From the IMG/VR virus record IMGVR_UViG_3300032893_000028, positions 1-64,000 of that record: a stretch of DNA of 64,000 bases. One strand, 5' to 3'. Of the stretch, positions 9,024 to 18,979 are shown in pieces. Under the pieces are notes generated by a model, which saw only the letters and a program-made list of their open reading frames with translations, ran no database searches and was not told where the DNA came from. The DNA comes from a virus. The position numbers were made by a program, and so were the translations under genes. Positions within the stretch are counted from its first letter, which is position 1. Each line of letters opens with the position of its first letter.

Positions 9024-10604
9024 GTGAGCACTATCCTCCGCGAGGTCGCCGTCGCGCTCGGGCTCGAGGTCGATTCGGCCTCGTTCGCTGAGGGCGAGCT
9101 CGCGGCCAAGGCCCTGGAAAAGGGTCTCGAGGGCATCGTCGAAATCGCCAAGAAGGCCGTCGAGTTCTTCGTCGACGTGGCCAAGGAAACGGTGCTTGCC
9201 ACCGACGAGATCGACAAGAACGCGCAGGCGGTCGGCCTCACGACCGCCGCCTACCAAGAACTAGCCTACGTCGGCGGGCTCGCCGGAGTCTCTATTGAGG
9301 AGATGGCGCAGTCGTTCGGTCTCCTCTCGCGCAACCTCTACGCGGCGTCGAAGGGCGGTGAGGAGCAGGCCAAGATCTTCGCGCAGCTCGGGATCCACAT
9401 AAAGGGCGCCGACGGCAAGCTGCGCGGCGCCGACGACGTGCTCGGCGACATCGCCGAGAAGTTCCAGAAGATGCCCAACGGGGCGCAGAAGACTGCGCTC
9501 GCGCTGGAGCTCTTCGGCCGCGCTGGCAAGCGGATGATCCCGCTGCTCAACGAAGGCTCGGAGGGCCTCGCTGAGTTGCGGCAAGAGGCCCGGGACCTCG
9601 GCGTCGTGCTCGACGAGGAGACGGTCAAGCAGGGCGCCGAGATCAAGGACAACGTCGAGCGGCTCCAGGCGCTGTGGGAGGGTATCAAGCGGCGCGCGGG
9701 CGCGTCCATCTTTCCGGTGCTCAAGCAGCTCACCGACGGCGCCGTGGCGTGGGTGAAGGCGAACAAAGAGGTCATCAAGCAGAAGCTCGAGGTCGTGCTG
9801 CGCGGCATCGCGCGCGCTGTGCGCGTGCTGCTCGATGTGTTCGATGTCCTGCGTGGCTCGGCCAAGTTGCTCTACGACGCCTTCATGGGCATGATCGTGG
9901 AACCGCTCAAGAACGTGCTGGCGCTCTTCGATATCATTGGACCGCGAGCGCGCGCAGTGCTCATCGGTCTAGGATTGACGGCCGCGATCATCCTCAACCC
10001 GTTCGCAGCACTCGCGGTCGCGTTCGGCGGCATTTTGCTCTTCCTCAACTCCATCCAGCGCTTCCGTGAGGGGCGCGATTCGCTATTTGGCGACTGGATG
10101 CGGATGCTCAATGATTGGGCGCAGCCCAATGCCAATGACCCCTGGTGGCTCAAGGCCATCAAGGAGCTTGTGCTATACATGCAGAAGGCGCTCGGCATCG
10201 CTGACAAGCTGGGCGTGGCGGGTGACAAGGCGCGCAACAAGATTCCCGATCTGACTCTCGGTGAGCGCGCCGCTTCGCTCACAGTCCCAGGGGCGGCATA
10301 CATCTTCGGTAAGAAGAAATTAGAGCAAAGCCGGCAGCAAGGCGGATTGCTGTACGGATACAATCAGGCGCGGGAAGCGGGACTCAATCCATTCGCGGCG
10401 ACGCTGCATGCGTCCGATTACGCGGATACGAGCCCTTATTATTTGCCGCCGGGGCAGGGAGTACTCAAGGCTCCGACGCAAAATAACGCGCGCACCTACA
10501 ACATCTATCAGGCGCCCGGGATGAGCGCGTCCGACGTCGTCAACCTCATCCAACAGCACGAGGACACGGCCAATGAAGAAGCGGCCGCGGCGCTGGGAGA
10601 CTAA
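9024..10604 (+). CDS. Tape measure protein (short, 526 aa)
   Basis: Helical Ala/Leu-rich sequence, LFGRAGKRMIPLLNEG motif, hydrophobic segment, synteny. Confidence 0.8.
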   Translation: MSTILREVAVALGLEVDSASFAEGELAAKALEKGLEGIVEIAKKAVEFFVDVAKETVLATDEIDKNAQAVGLTTAAYQELAYVGGLAGVSIEEMAQSFGLLSRNLYAASKGGEEQAKIFAQLGIHIKGADGKLRGADDVLGDIAEKFQKMPNGAQKTALALELFGRAGKRMIPLLNEGSEGLAELRQEARDLGVVLDEETVKQGAEIKDNVERLQALWEGIKRRAGASIFPVLKQLTDGAVAWVKANKEVIKQKLEVVLRGIARAVRVLLDVFDVLRGSAKLLYDAFMGMIVEPLKNVLALFDIIGPRARAVLIGLGLTAAIILNPFAALAVAFGGILLFLNSIQRFREGRDSLFGDWMRMLNDWAQPNANDPWWLKAIKELVLYMQKALGIADKLGVAGDKARNKIPDLTLGERAASLTVPGAAYIFGKKKLEQSRQQGGLLYGYNQAREAGLNPFAATLHASDYADTSPYYLPPGQGVLKAPTQNNARTYNIYQAPGMSASDVVNLIQQHEDTANEEAAAALGD

Positions 10605-10607
10605 CCC

Positions 10608-11285
10608 ATGGCGCAGCAGCGGGTCACGGTCATCCAGCGCGGCGGGGTCATCACCGCCGACACGACGATGATCACCATGCACGCGGTGGTGAGCGAGCAG
10701 CATACGCTTACCAACACGATCACCGACCACCCCGTTGAAACGGGCTTCAACGCGAGCGACCACTCGCGCCCCAACCCGGACCTTGTCACGATGGACTGCC
10801 GCATTTCCAACACGCCGCTGTCGAGCGGGCAGGCGACGGAGGCGGTCAAGGCCGGCGCGTTCACCATCCAGACCACGACCGCCGCGGCGCAGGCCGCCGG
10901 CGCTATCGGGGCCGTCGATGGCTACGCGCAGGGCGAGTGGGCCAAGCTGCGCCGGCTGCGCGACATCGGCGCCATCGTCACCGTGGCGACGACCATGGGC
11001 AGCTACGACTCGATGGCGATCGAGTCCATCTCGCTGCCACGCTCGGCCAGGAACTACGACGCGATCGCGTTCTCCATCTCGTTCAAGCGCATTCGCGTCG
11101 TGCAGAACAAGCTCACGCGCGGTGTCGTCTCGACCGACAAGCGCGTCGGCAAGAAGAAGTCGACGGGCAACAAGACGGCGAAGGACGCAGGGCAGGATAT
11201 TGACCCGCTGCGCAAAGTCGCGAACGGCATCAAGGACGCGAGTAATAAGGTGCTCAGCGGCTTCGGCGGCGCGGCGGGAGACTAA
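10608..11285 (+). CDS. Tail tube initiator/Dit-like baseplate protein
   Basis: ITDHPVETGFNASDH motif directly after the tape measure gene. Confidence 0.75.
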   Translation: MAQQRVTVIQRGGVITADTTMITMHAVVSEQHTLTNTITDHPVETGFNASDHSRPNPDLVTMDCRISNTPLSSGQATEAVKAGAFTIQTTTAAAQAAGAIGAVDGYAQGEWAKLRRLRDIGAIVTVATTMGSYDSMAIESISLPRSARNYDAIAFSISFKRIRVVQNKLTRGVVSTDKRVGKKKSTGNKTAKDAGQDIDPLRKVANGIKDASNKVLSGFGGAAGD

Positions 11286-11287
11286 CG

Positions 11288-11629
11288 ATGCCGCTTGAGA
11301 TCGACATCCCGCTGTCCGAGGGCGCGCCGCTGCCGTTCTTCGACATGCAGGTGAGCCTGGAGGCGGTGACCTACACGCTCCAGCTCCGGTGGAACGTGCG
11401 CGCGTTGGCGTGGTACATGGACGTGCTCGACGAGCAGGGCTCGACGTATATCGTCCCCGGGCTCAAGCTCGTCACCGACTGGCCGCTCGGCGCGTACCGC
11501 TTCGGCCGGCAGCCGCCGGGCGCGTTCGCCGTGGTCGACAGCGCCGGCGAGGGGCAGGACCCCGACGATCTGAGCCTCGGCGTGCGCCACAAGCTCGTCT
11601 ATTTCACCTCGACCGAGCTGGGGCTGTGA
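11288..11629 (+). CDS. Small baseplate protein
   Basis: LRWNVRALAWYMDV motif; synteny. Confidence 0.7.
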   Translation: MPLEIDIPLSEGAPLPFFDMQVSLEAVTYTLQLRWNVRALAWYMDVLDEQGSTYIVPGLKLVTDWPLGAYRFGRQPPGAFAVVDSAGEGQDPDDLSLGVRHKLVYFTSTELGL

Positions 11630-11630
11630 C

Positions 11631-12560
11631 GTGGCGGATAGGCTCTACGACCGCCGCGCGCGCGTGACCTTCGCGTCGCCCACCAGCACGACTAAGACGA
11701 CCCAGACCACCGGCGACATCCGCGTCGACTACACGACCGTCACGAGCGACGTGCTCGTCGTCGAGGCGGGCGAAGGCGGCGAGCGGCCGGCGGGGCTGCG
11801 CATCTCGTTCAAGGTGACCAAGACCGACGGCAAGGAGCCCAACACGGCCGAGATCGTCGTCACCAATTTGAACGACGACAGTCGCGGGCTCATCCAGAAG
11901 AAGGGGACCAAGATCATCCTCGAGGCGGGCTACGCGAGCACGGGCGTCTCGCGCATCTGGCGCGGGGACGCGCGCACGGTCGACAACGTGCGCGACGGCG
12001 CCGACTGGAACTCGACGATCAAGGGCGGCGACGGCGAGCGCGCCTACAAGCTGGCGCGCGTGTCGGAGAGCTTCGCACCGGGGACGCAGGCGGGCGCCAT
12101 CCTGCAGTACCTGGCCAACGCCAGCGGGCTGCAGATCGGCAACACGCCCGACGTTGTCCTGAACCTGACGCAGTCCTTCGACCAGGGCTACGTCGTCTCG
12201 GGGCAGTGGGCGCACGAGATGGACCGATTCCTCAGGGGCACGGGCTATGCGTGGAGCGTGCAGGACGACACGCTCCAGGTGCTCTTACCCGGTCAGGCGT
12301 CGACGGCCGAGTTTCCCGAGATCTCGCCCGACAGCGGTCTCATCGGCTCGCCCGAATTCGGCTCGCCCGAGAAGAAGGGCAAGCCGGCGCTAGTCAAGTT
12401 TCGCTCACTGCTCCAGCCGTGCGTACCGGGAGCGAAATTGGTCCTGCGTTCCCGTCGATATAACGGCCCCGTGCGGGTGAAAAAAATATCCATAATTGGT
12501 GACACGCATGGCGCCGAGTGGTACACCGACTACGAAGGCGTGTTACTATCGACGACGTGA
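11631..12560 (+). CDS. Baseplate hub protein
   Basis: PNTAEIVVTNL, LEAGY, WSVQD, SGLIGSPE and GDTHG..WY motifs. Confidence 0.8.
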   Translation: MADRLYDRRARVTFASPTSTTKTTQTTGDIRVDYTTVTSDVLVVEAGEGGERPAGLRISFKVTKTDGKEPNTAEIVVTNLNDDSRGLIQKKGTKIILEAGYASTGVSRIWRGDARTVDNVRDGADWNSTIKGGDGERAYKLARVSESFAPGTQAGAILQYLANASGLQIGNTPDVVLNLTQSFDQGYVVSGQWAHEMDRFLRGTGYAWSVQDDTLQVLLPGQASTAEFPEISPDSGLIGSPEFGSPEKKGKPALVKFRSLLQPCVPGAKLVLRSRRYNGPVRVKKISIIGDTHGAEWYTDYEGVLLSTT

Positions 12561-12692
12561 GAGCCAGCGCGTGGGAGTGAAGTTGCTCGGCCGTCGAACC
12601 TACAAGCTACGCAAGCGGGGGCAGAAAGCGCAGGCGCCGCGCGGGGCGTCGGCCGGTAAGCGCAAGCGCTGCCCGACCTGCGGGGCGCAGCG

Positions 12693-13442
12693 GTGAGCGA
12701 CCAGGAGCGCGACGAGGAGGTCCGCCGGCCCAGGCGACAGACCGTCATCGCCGCCGCCGTCGAGGCCGCGCTCAAGCGCCTGCCGCGCGCGCTGCCCGCG
12801 CGCGTGGTCTCGTACGATTCGTCGATGCAGCGCGTCTCGTGCAAGGTGCTCGTCATGCGCCCGTTCTTCGACGAGGAGGACGCGCGTCAAGTCGAGTCGA
12901 TCCCCGTCGTCCCAGGCGTCCCGGTCGTGTTCCCGGGCGCCAACGGCAGCTTCCGCACGACTGTGCCCATCTCCGACGGCAACCTGCAGATCAACGGCGC
13001 GACCGTGCCGGCCACGACGGGCCTGCTCATCTGGGCCGACCGCTCGCTCGACAAGTGGCTGACGGGCAAGGGCGACGAGGTCGACCCCGAGTTCGACCAC
13101 GCCAACTCCATCGCCGACGCGTTCTTCTTGCCCGGGCTCAACCCCTTCGGCGCGCCGCTGGCGTACGCGCCGACGGACCGCATGACCATCGGCCGCGACC
13201 AGTCGCCCTCGGACATCGAAATCGATGGCGGCGGAAACGTCAACGTGGCGAATGGCTCCAACGGGGCGGCGCGCGTGGGCGACCCAAGCCAGATAGGAAC
13301 GCCGCTCTCGACGTGGATGAGCCAGGTGGAGACGGCCATCAACCTGATCGCCGGTGGCTCCGTCGTTCCGCTCTCCTCCACGTTCCTGACGTCGCCGGGC
13401 ATCACCGTTAAGACGGGTTCCAGCAAGGTCAAAATCGGGTAG
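12693..13442 (+). CDS. Baseplate spike (Gp138-like)
   Basis: LPARVVSYD, VPVVFP, ADRSLDKW and DAFFLPG motifs. Confidence 0.8.
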   Translation: MSDQERDEEVRRPRRQTVIAAAVEAALKRLPRALPARVVSYDSSMQRVSCKVLVMRPFFDEEDARQVESIPVVPGVPVVFPGANGSFRTTVPISDGNLQINGATVPATTGLLIWADRSLDKWLTGKGDEVDPEFDHANSIADAFFLPGLNPFGAPLAYAPTDRMTIGRDQSPSDIEIDGGGNVNVANGSNGAARVGDPSQIGTPLSTWMSQVETAINLIAGGSVVPLSSTFLTSPGITVKTGSSKVKIG

Positions 13443-13451
13443 AATCGGCCC

Positions 13452-13829
13452 ATGGCCGACCCGGTTCGCGATTTCGCCCTGGACGACGACGGCGACATGG
13501 CGGTGGCCAACGGCGACCGCGTGGTAGTCGCGGGGCAAGACGCTGTGGCGCAGGCGTGCAAGGTCAAGCTCAAGCTCTTCCTCAAGGAGATTTTCCTCGA
13601 CCAATCGCTCGGCGTCGACTACCTGGGCGTGGTACTGGTTAAGAACCCCGACCCGATCGTCGTGCGCGAGGCCATCCGCGCGCGCCTGCTCTCCGTGGCG
13701 GACGTGATCGAGGTCGTCGGCGCGCAGCTCCTCTTCAGCGACCCGAATGACCCGCGCTCGGCCAGCATCGCCTACTCCATCCGCACCAACTACTCGCAGA
13801 CGCCTATCACCGACACGGTGAGCCCGTAA
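13452..13829 (+). CDS. Baseplate wedge/sheath initiator
   Basis: LKLFLKEIFLDQSLGVDY motif; synteny. Confidence 0.72.
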   Translation: MADPVRDFALDDDGDMAVANGDRVVVAGQDAVAQACKVKLKLFLKEIFLDQSLGVDYLGVVLVKNPDPIVVREAIRARLLSVADVIEVVGAQLLFSDPNDPRSASIAYSIRTNYSQTPITDTVSP

Positions 13830-15295
13830 TGGCCACCGTCTACGGGCTCACGGCCGAGGGCTGGGTCGGCAAACCGCTGTCGGTCATCGTCGACGAGCTG
13901 CAGACCGACTACCTCAACATCCTCGGCAGCAGCGCGGGCACTGAGAGCGATGGCACTATCCCGCTCGACTCGCTGGCGGGCCAAGAGATCACTGTCCTGT
14001 CTGACGGATTCGCGGCCATGTGGGACCTCGGGCAAGCCATCTACTCGAGCCTCGACCCCAACGCGGCGTCCTCCGCCGCGCTCGATCAGGTCTGCGCGCT
14101 GACCGGCACCACGCGCGACCAGAAGTCATTCTCGACGGTGACCGAGACCTGCACGGGGACGCCCGGGACGCTGCTCGTCGTCGGTCGGCAGGTCAAGACG
14201 AACGACGCCACCAATTCCGTCTTCGTCTCGACGGCCGCTGGCACCATCGCGGCCTTGACGGCATGGGCATCGGGGACGGGCTACTCCATCGGTGACCGGC
14301 GCACCAACGCCAACCGGACCTACGTCTGCATCACCGCGGGGACGTCGGCCGGCTCTGGCGGCCCGACCACCACCGCGAGCGACATCACCGACAACACCGT
14401 CCACTGGCAATACATGGGCGACGGGACGGGCGCGGTCGACGTCGCATTCAAGGCCGCGCAGGCCGGTCCCGTGGGCGCGCTGGCGGGCGTACTGACGAGC
14501 ATTGTCACGCCCGTGTCGGGGTGGTCGGGGGCGATCAACCTCCACGATGCGGCCGCGGGCGCGCTGGCCGAGACTGACCCGGCGCTGCGCGCGCGCCGCG
14601 AGGCGGAGCTCGCCGGCCAGGGCGGCTCGACCGCCGACGCCATCCGCGCGGCCATCCTCAAGGTCAACGAGGGCTCGACCGACCCCAACCACCAGCCCCC
14701 GACGTCCTGCACGGTCTTCTACAACGACACCGACGCGGCCGACGCCAACGGCGTGCCTCCCCACTCGGTCGAGATCTTGGTGCAGAACGGCACCGACCAG
14801 GACGTCACGCAGGCGGTGTGGAACGCGGTCGGCGCGGGCACAGGCACCTACGGCAACACGTCGGGCGTGGCGACAGACTCGCAGGGCAACTCGCAGCCCG
14901 TGTCCTGGTCGCGACCGGTGGCGGTGCCCATCTACGTGACGGCGACGGTCAACTACGACTCGACGCAGTGGTCGAGCTCAGCGCTGGTCGTCCAGGCGGC
15001 GTTGTCGGCGCTGCTCACCTACGGTGATGCCATCGCGATCGGCGTCGACGTCCGCTCGTCCATCCTGTCGGGCGCCATCCTCTTCCAGCCCTCGGCCACC
15101 GACACGGCCGGCAACGCCGTGGTCCCGGCCCCGGCCGGCTCGGTCGCGGCGCCTGGGCTGCTCGAGGTGTCGACGATGCTTATCGGCACAGCGCCCAGTC
15201 CGGTCAGCTCGGCGTCGATCCCCATCTCCACCAGGCAGCTCGCGACTTTCGATAGCTCGCGGTGCATCATCACCGCCGTCGCGGAGACGCCGTAG
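13829..15295 (+). CDS. Baseplate J-like wedge protein
   Basis: ETDPALRARR and NGVPPHSVEILV motifs; carries an inserted aromatic module at 14258-14419. Confidence 0.85.
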   Translation: MATVYGLTAEGWVGKPLSVIVDELQTDYLNILGSSAGTESDGTIPLDSLAGQEITVLSDGFAAMWDLGQAIYSSLDPNAASSAALDQVCALTGTTRDQKSFSTVTETCTGTPGTLLVVGRQVKTNDATNSVFVSTAAGTIAALTAWASGTGYSIGDRRTNANRTYVCITAGTSAGSGGPTTTASDITDNTVHWQYMGDGTGAVDVAFKAAQAGPVGALAGVLTSIVTPVSGWSGAINLHDAAAGALAETDPALRARREAELAGQGGSTADAIRAAILKVNEGSTDPNHQPPTSCTVFYNDTDAADANGVPPHSVEILVQNGTDQDVTQAVWNAVGAGTGTYGNTSGVATDSQGNSQPVSWSRPVAVPIYVTATVNYDSTQWSSSALVVQAALSALLTYGDAIAIGVDVRSSILSGAILFQPSATDTAGNAVVPAPAGSVAAPGLLEVSTMLIGTAPSPVSSASIPISTRQLATFDSSRCIITAVAETP

Positions 15296-15296
15296 C

Positions 15297-15863
15297 GTGG
15301 CGCTCACGATCGACTACGTCTCGGACTGGCAGTCGCGGCTGCGCGCCCGCATCTATTGGCAATTTAAAGGTAAGCCTAAAATTCAGGCTTGGGTTGATAT
15401 GGTGGCGAAGCAATTCGCCGACCTCGAGGACGCGTTCCAGTCGCTCCTGACGCTGCCGTCGATCGACGACTCGGCCGGCGCGCAGCTCGATCTCCTCGGG
15501 CGCCTGCTCGGCCAGGCGCGCGGGGGCGTCGACGACGCCACCTACCGGCTCTACCTGCGCGCGGCGATCGTGGCCGAGAAGTCGGGCGGTCGCGGCGAGG
15601 ACATTTACCGCACCTTCGCGGCGCTCTTCCCGGGCTCGCCGTTGCTGTTGGTCTCGGGCGGGGTCAAGAGCTTCTACCTCCGCGTCGGCCAAGTGCTCAC
15701 GCGCGCGCAGGCGCTGGTCGGCCAGCAGTTCCTGCTCCGCGCCAAGGAGGCCGGCGCGCGCGCCAACCTCATCTGGCAGGAATCACCGACCGCCGCGCTG
15801 TTCACGCTTGACTCGGGACCCGGCTTGGACTCCGGGGTATTCACCGGCGCGCTGCCGGTGTAG
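15297..15863 (+). CDS. Baseplate protein (DUF2612-like)
   Basis: GAQLDLLGRLLGQ and DDATYRLYLRA motifs; GTG start. Confidence 0.75.
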   Translation: MALTIDYVSDWQSRLRARIYWQFKGKPKIQAWVDMVAKQFADLEDAFQSLLTLPSIDDSAGAQLDLLGRLLGQARGGVDDATYRLYLRAAIVAEKSGGRGEDIYRTFAALFPGSPLLLVSGGVKSFYLRVGQVLTRAQALVGQQFLLRAKEAGARANLIWQESPTAALFTLDSGPGLDSGVFTGALPV

Positions 15864-15872
15864 TCTGGACGC

Positions 15873-16940
15873 ATGACGGCACGTCCGACCGGGTACGCCA
15901 CGTGGGCCGCGAGCGGGGCGACCAATCTCGCGCAGCCGGACGGCGCGCATCAAAACGTCGGCTGGGGCGTCGGCGAGGCGCCGCCGAGCTCATATTTCAA
16001 CTACCTGCAGCAGCAGTACGACCAGTGGATCCGCTACCTCGACGCACAGCGCGGGGGCGCCATCTTCGGCGACGGCAGCGACGGCGCCGTGGTCTTCGAC
16101 GGCGTGGCTACCGGCGCCTCGATGGGCCTGGGCGCGTTGGCGACTGGACCAAGCGGCGGCGCATACCGCCTCGTGCGAGACCTCTTTGCGACCACCGTCG
16201 GCGTGGCCACGGGGATCGAGCTGCAGACGGCCGGATTTCGCGTTTTTGCGACCGATCAGTTTACGGCCACTGGTCTGGCGCGCGTCACCTCCAACGGCAT
16301 GACTGGTGCGACCGGCAACGGAGCATCCGGCGGTCTCGGCGGCCTGCCTGCTCCGGCGGGGACCGTCGGTGGCGGCGCTACAGGCGGGCGCGGCAGTAAC
16401 ATCGGTGGAACCCCAGCTACCGGCGGTACGGCGACGGGATACGGTGGGGCGGGCGGCGGTGGTGGCAGCGAGACCAATGGTGGCGTGGTCACGGCCCCGC
16501 CGGCGAACGCGGGATCGCCGCGCGGACCTATCGGCGGTCAATTTTTCGGCTCGATCGCAGGGGCCGGCCTCGCGGCGCCGTATTGGTACCAGGCCGGCGG
16601 CGGCGGAGGAGGCGGCGACGCGGGCGCCAGCACGGGCGTGGGCGGCGGCGGTGGAGGCGGCGGCGGTGTGCTCGCGATTTCGGCGCGCAACCTGTATTGT
16701 GCGACGTCGATCAACCTGCAGACGCGCGGCGGCGCCGGCGGCGCGGGAAGCGCGCTCGGGCCGAACTCGGGCGGTGGAGGAGGCGGCGGCGGCCTCGTAC
16801 TATTGGCCTACGGGGCAAAGTCGGCGGGTGCATCGTTTCCGGCGGTTGAATGCTGCCCGGGGGGCATCGGTGGCGCCGGCATCACCGCGACCGGAAAAAC
16901 GGGCGCCGTGGGCACCGTGATTGAATTAGCTATTCGTTAG
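15873..16940 (+). CDS. Glycine-rich tail fibre protein
   Basis: N-terminal GW..GEAPP..YFN baseplate anchor, FGDGSDG motif, poly-Gly tracts. Confidence 0.72.
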   Translation: MTARPTGYATWAASGATNLAQPDGAHQNVGWGVGEAPPSSYFNYLQQQYDQWIRYLDAQRGGAIFGDGSDGAVVFDGVATGASMGLGALATGPSGGAYRLVRDLFATTVGVATGIELQTAGFRVFATDQFTATGLARVTSNGMTGATGNGASGGLGGLPAPAGTVGGGATGGRGSNIGGTPATGGTATGYGGAGGGGGSETNGGVVTAPPANAGSPRGPIGGQFFGSIAGAGLAAPYWYQAGGGGGGGDAGASTGVGGGGGGGGGVLAISARNLYCATSINLQTRGGAGGAGSALGPNSGGGGGGGGLVLLAYGAKSAGASFPAVECCPGGIGGAGITATGKTGAVGTVIELAIR

Positions 16941-17439
16941 AATGTACAGCGAAATACTCGGCCGCGTCGGCCTCCCGTAGACCTTCGGCAGCCAGCGGGT
17001 GGTTGACGTACCGGTACATGACCGCGTACTGATCGTCGACGTGCCAGAGGCCGAGCGCATGACCAAGTTCATGCGCGAGTGCCACTTCCTGCTCTCCCGG
17101 GAGCAACGCCGCCAGCGCCTCGCGCTGCACCTCGATGCAGGGGCCATCCGCGCAGGCGCCCACTCCCTCGGCGCCAACGCTGCTTGGCGCGTGATCCCAG
17201 GCCGCCGCCGAGACCAGACGCAGCGGTAGTCCGTCCCCCGACAGACGCACTTCGACGTCGGCACCGACGGTACTCCAGAGCGAGGCGGCGGCGCGTACGC
17301 GCTGTATAAGCGCCGGGTCAGTTTGGACGGCGGCGTCCGGGATGATCGTGATATGAGTCGGTGACGTCATCGCCCCTTCGCCGCATCCGGCCGCCAGCGC
17401 GAGCAGGAGCACGAGCTGCTTGACGTTGACATTGTCCAT
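16930..17439 (-). CDS. Matrixin-like zinc metalloprotease lipoprotein
   Basis: HELGHALGLWH (HExxHxxGxxH), Met-turn AVMY, lipobox LAAGC. Confidence 0.8.
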   Translation of the reverse strand: MDNVNVKQLVLLLALAAGCGEGAMTSPTHITIIPDAAVQTDPALIQRVRAAASLWSTVGADVEVRLSGDGLPLRLVSAAAWDHAPSSVGAEGVGACADGPCIEVQREALAALLPGEQEVALAHELGHALGLWHVDDQYAVMYRYVNHPLAAEGLREADAAEYFAVHSNE

Positions 17440-17445
17440 GCGCGT

Positions 17446-17484
17446 AATCTAGCATCGCCCTCCAATTTGTCAACAAAAATCTTC
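17446..17484 (-). promoter_or_regulatory. Early-type promoter, copy 2
   Basis: AGATTTTTG-TTGACA-N16-TAGATT-N6-ATG. Confidence 0.75.
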
Positions 17485-17522
17485 TTAAAATCGACCGGGC
17501 CGTCGGTGCTAGAATCGGGACC

Positions 17523-18941
17523 ATGCGCAAGTACTTGACCGCCGTCGTCATGATCGCAGTCGCCGTATTAGGCGCCGGCTTGGCGCTCCGCGAGCGCTCC
17601 GCCGCCGCGACCGCCACCGCCGATAACAGCGCCATTTCCGTCGGGGCTGGCGTCCGCTACATCTGCCAGACGTCCGCGCCCGCGCCGGTCGGGCGCGCGC
17701 GCACGTGGGTGCGCTGCTCGGACGGGCACCAGATGTTCACGGGCGCCAACAACGTCGACATCGACTTGCAGGCGGGCGCGGGCGGCGCGGTCTCCTGCTT
17801 GACCTCGACGGGGGCCGCGGGCACGGGGTGCGCGATCTACGGCGCTGCGGCGCGCGTCCGCGCCGTGGGCGCCACGACCGACCAGTACAGCCCCACGCTG
17901 GGAACGAGCTTCCAGCAGCTCAACGGCCGCACCTTCCCGGTGCCCAGCGATGTCTCGCGGGTGCGGGTGCGGATCAACAACGGCATTTGGAACACCGCCT
18001 CGCAGAATACGGGGGCGGCCACCATCAACGTGGGCGTCTGCCCGAGCAACGGCTCCTACGCCTGCGCCGGCGGGGCGTTCTCGGGGACGACGACGGGGCT
18101 CTCGCTGCCCGGCGCGGACATCGACGTCGTCGCCCCGTCGACCTCGACCTGGTACACCGTCTCGCAGGGCACCGACAAGAACGTGCTCGTGATCTTCGGC
18201 ATGGACACCGCCAGCAACGGCTCCTTCAAGGAGTCGTTCGGCGGTTTCTCCGTGTGGGGGAAGTACCTCAGCGGAACGGCGACGCTCAACGCCAGCCCGA
18301 CGTGGACGGGCACCGATCCCACCCCCGAGCTCTGGGTCTCGCTCGAGTACGAGACCTCCAAGCGGCGCATCGTGGTCATCGGCGACAGTATTTCGAAGGG
18401 CAACAGCTCGAGCACGCCGCCGGGCTTCGACGCGGCGTGGCCGAACGTCGTCGCGCGCGACAAGGACTACGGGGTCACGGTGATCGGCATCGCGGGCGCC
18501 AGCTTCTCCACCTATCTGACCTACAACAGCGGCCCCAACATCTACACGCAGCCCATTTTCACGGGGGCGGACTGCATCGTCGCCCTCGGCACGAATGATT
18601 TTTCCAGCGGCGTCGATACGCTGAAGGCCGGCGCGTCGCAGTTCATCCCCTACCTGCGCGGCGCGGGCTGCAAGGCCGTCTACCTCCTGAACGTGGCACC
18701 GTGCAACGTCTCGGGCGTGTCCACCGACCGGGTCTACTGGAATACCTACCTCGCGAGCACGGACGTTCCGCCGTTCGGCGTTACTAAGGTGATCGACATC
18801 GACTCCGCCCTCGACCCCACGCACGCCAATACCTTGTCGTCCACGGCGTGCGGGGGCGGCACGTGCGACTCCGGGGATGCGTGCCATCCCAGCACCGCCG
18901 GGCAACTCAAGATCGCGCAGACCGTCGAGGCGGCCATCTAG
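17523..18941 (+). CDS. SGNH/GDSL hydrolase with N-terminal signal/anchor
   Basis: GDSIS, GTND and DACHP catalytic blocks. Confidence 0.8.
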   Translation: MRKYLTAVVMIAVAVLGAGLALRERSAAATATADNSAISVGAGVRYICQTSAPAPVGRARTWVRCSDGHQMFTGANNVDIDLQAGAGGAVSCLTSTGAAGTGCAIYGAAARVRAVGATTDQYSPTLGTSFQQLNGRTFPVPSDVSRVRVRINNGIWNTASQNTGAATINVGVCPSNGSYACAGGAFSGTTTGLSLPGADIDVVAPSTSTWYTVSQGTDKNVLVIFGMDTASNGSFKESFGGFSVWGKYLSGTATLNASPTWTGTDPTPELWVSLEYETSKRRIVVIGDSISKGNSSSTPPGFDAAWPNVVARDKDYGVTVIGIAGASFSTYLTYNSGPNIYTQPIFTGADCIVALGTNDFSSGVDTLKAGASQFIPYLRGAGCKAVYLLNVAPCNVSGVSTDRVYWNTYLASTDVPPFGVTKVIDIDSALDPTHANTLSSTACGGGTCDSGDACHPSTAGQLKIAQTVEAAI

Positions 18942-18979
18942 GCGCCGTAGTCAAGAGCGAATAGTGTAGAATCGGCCGC

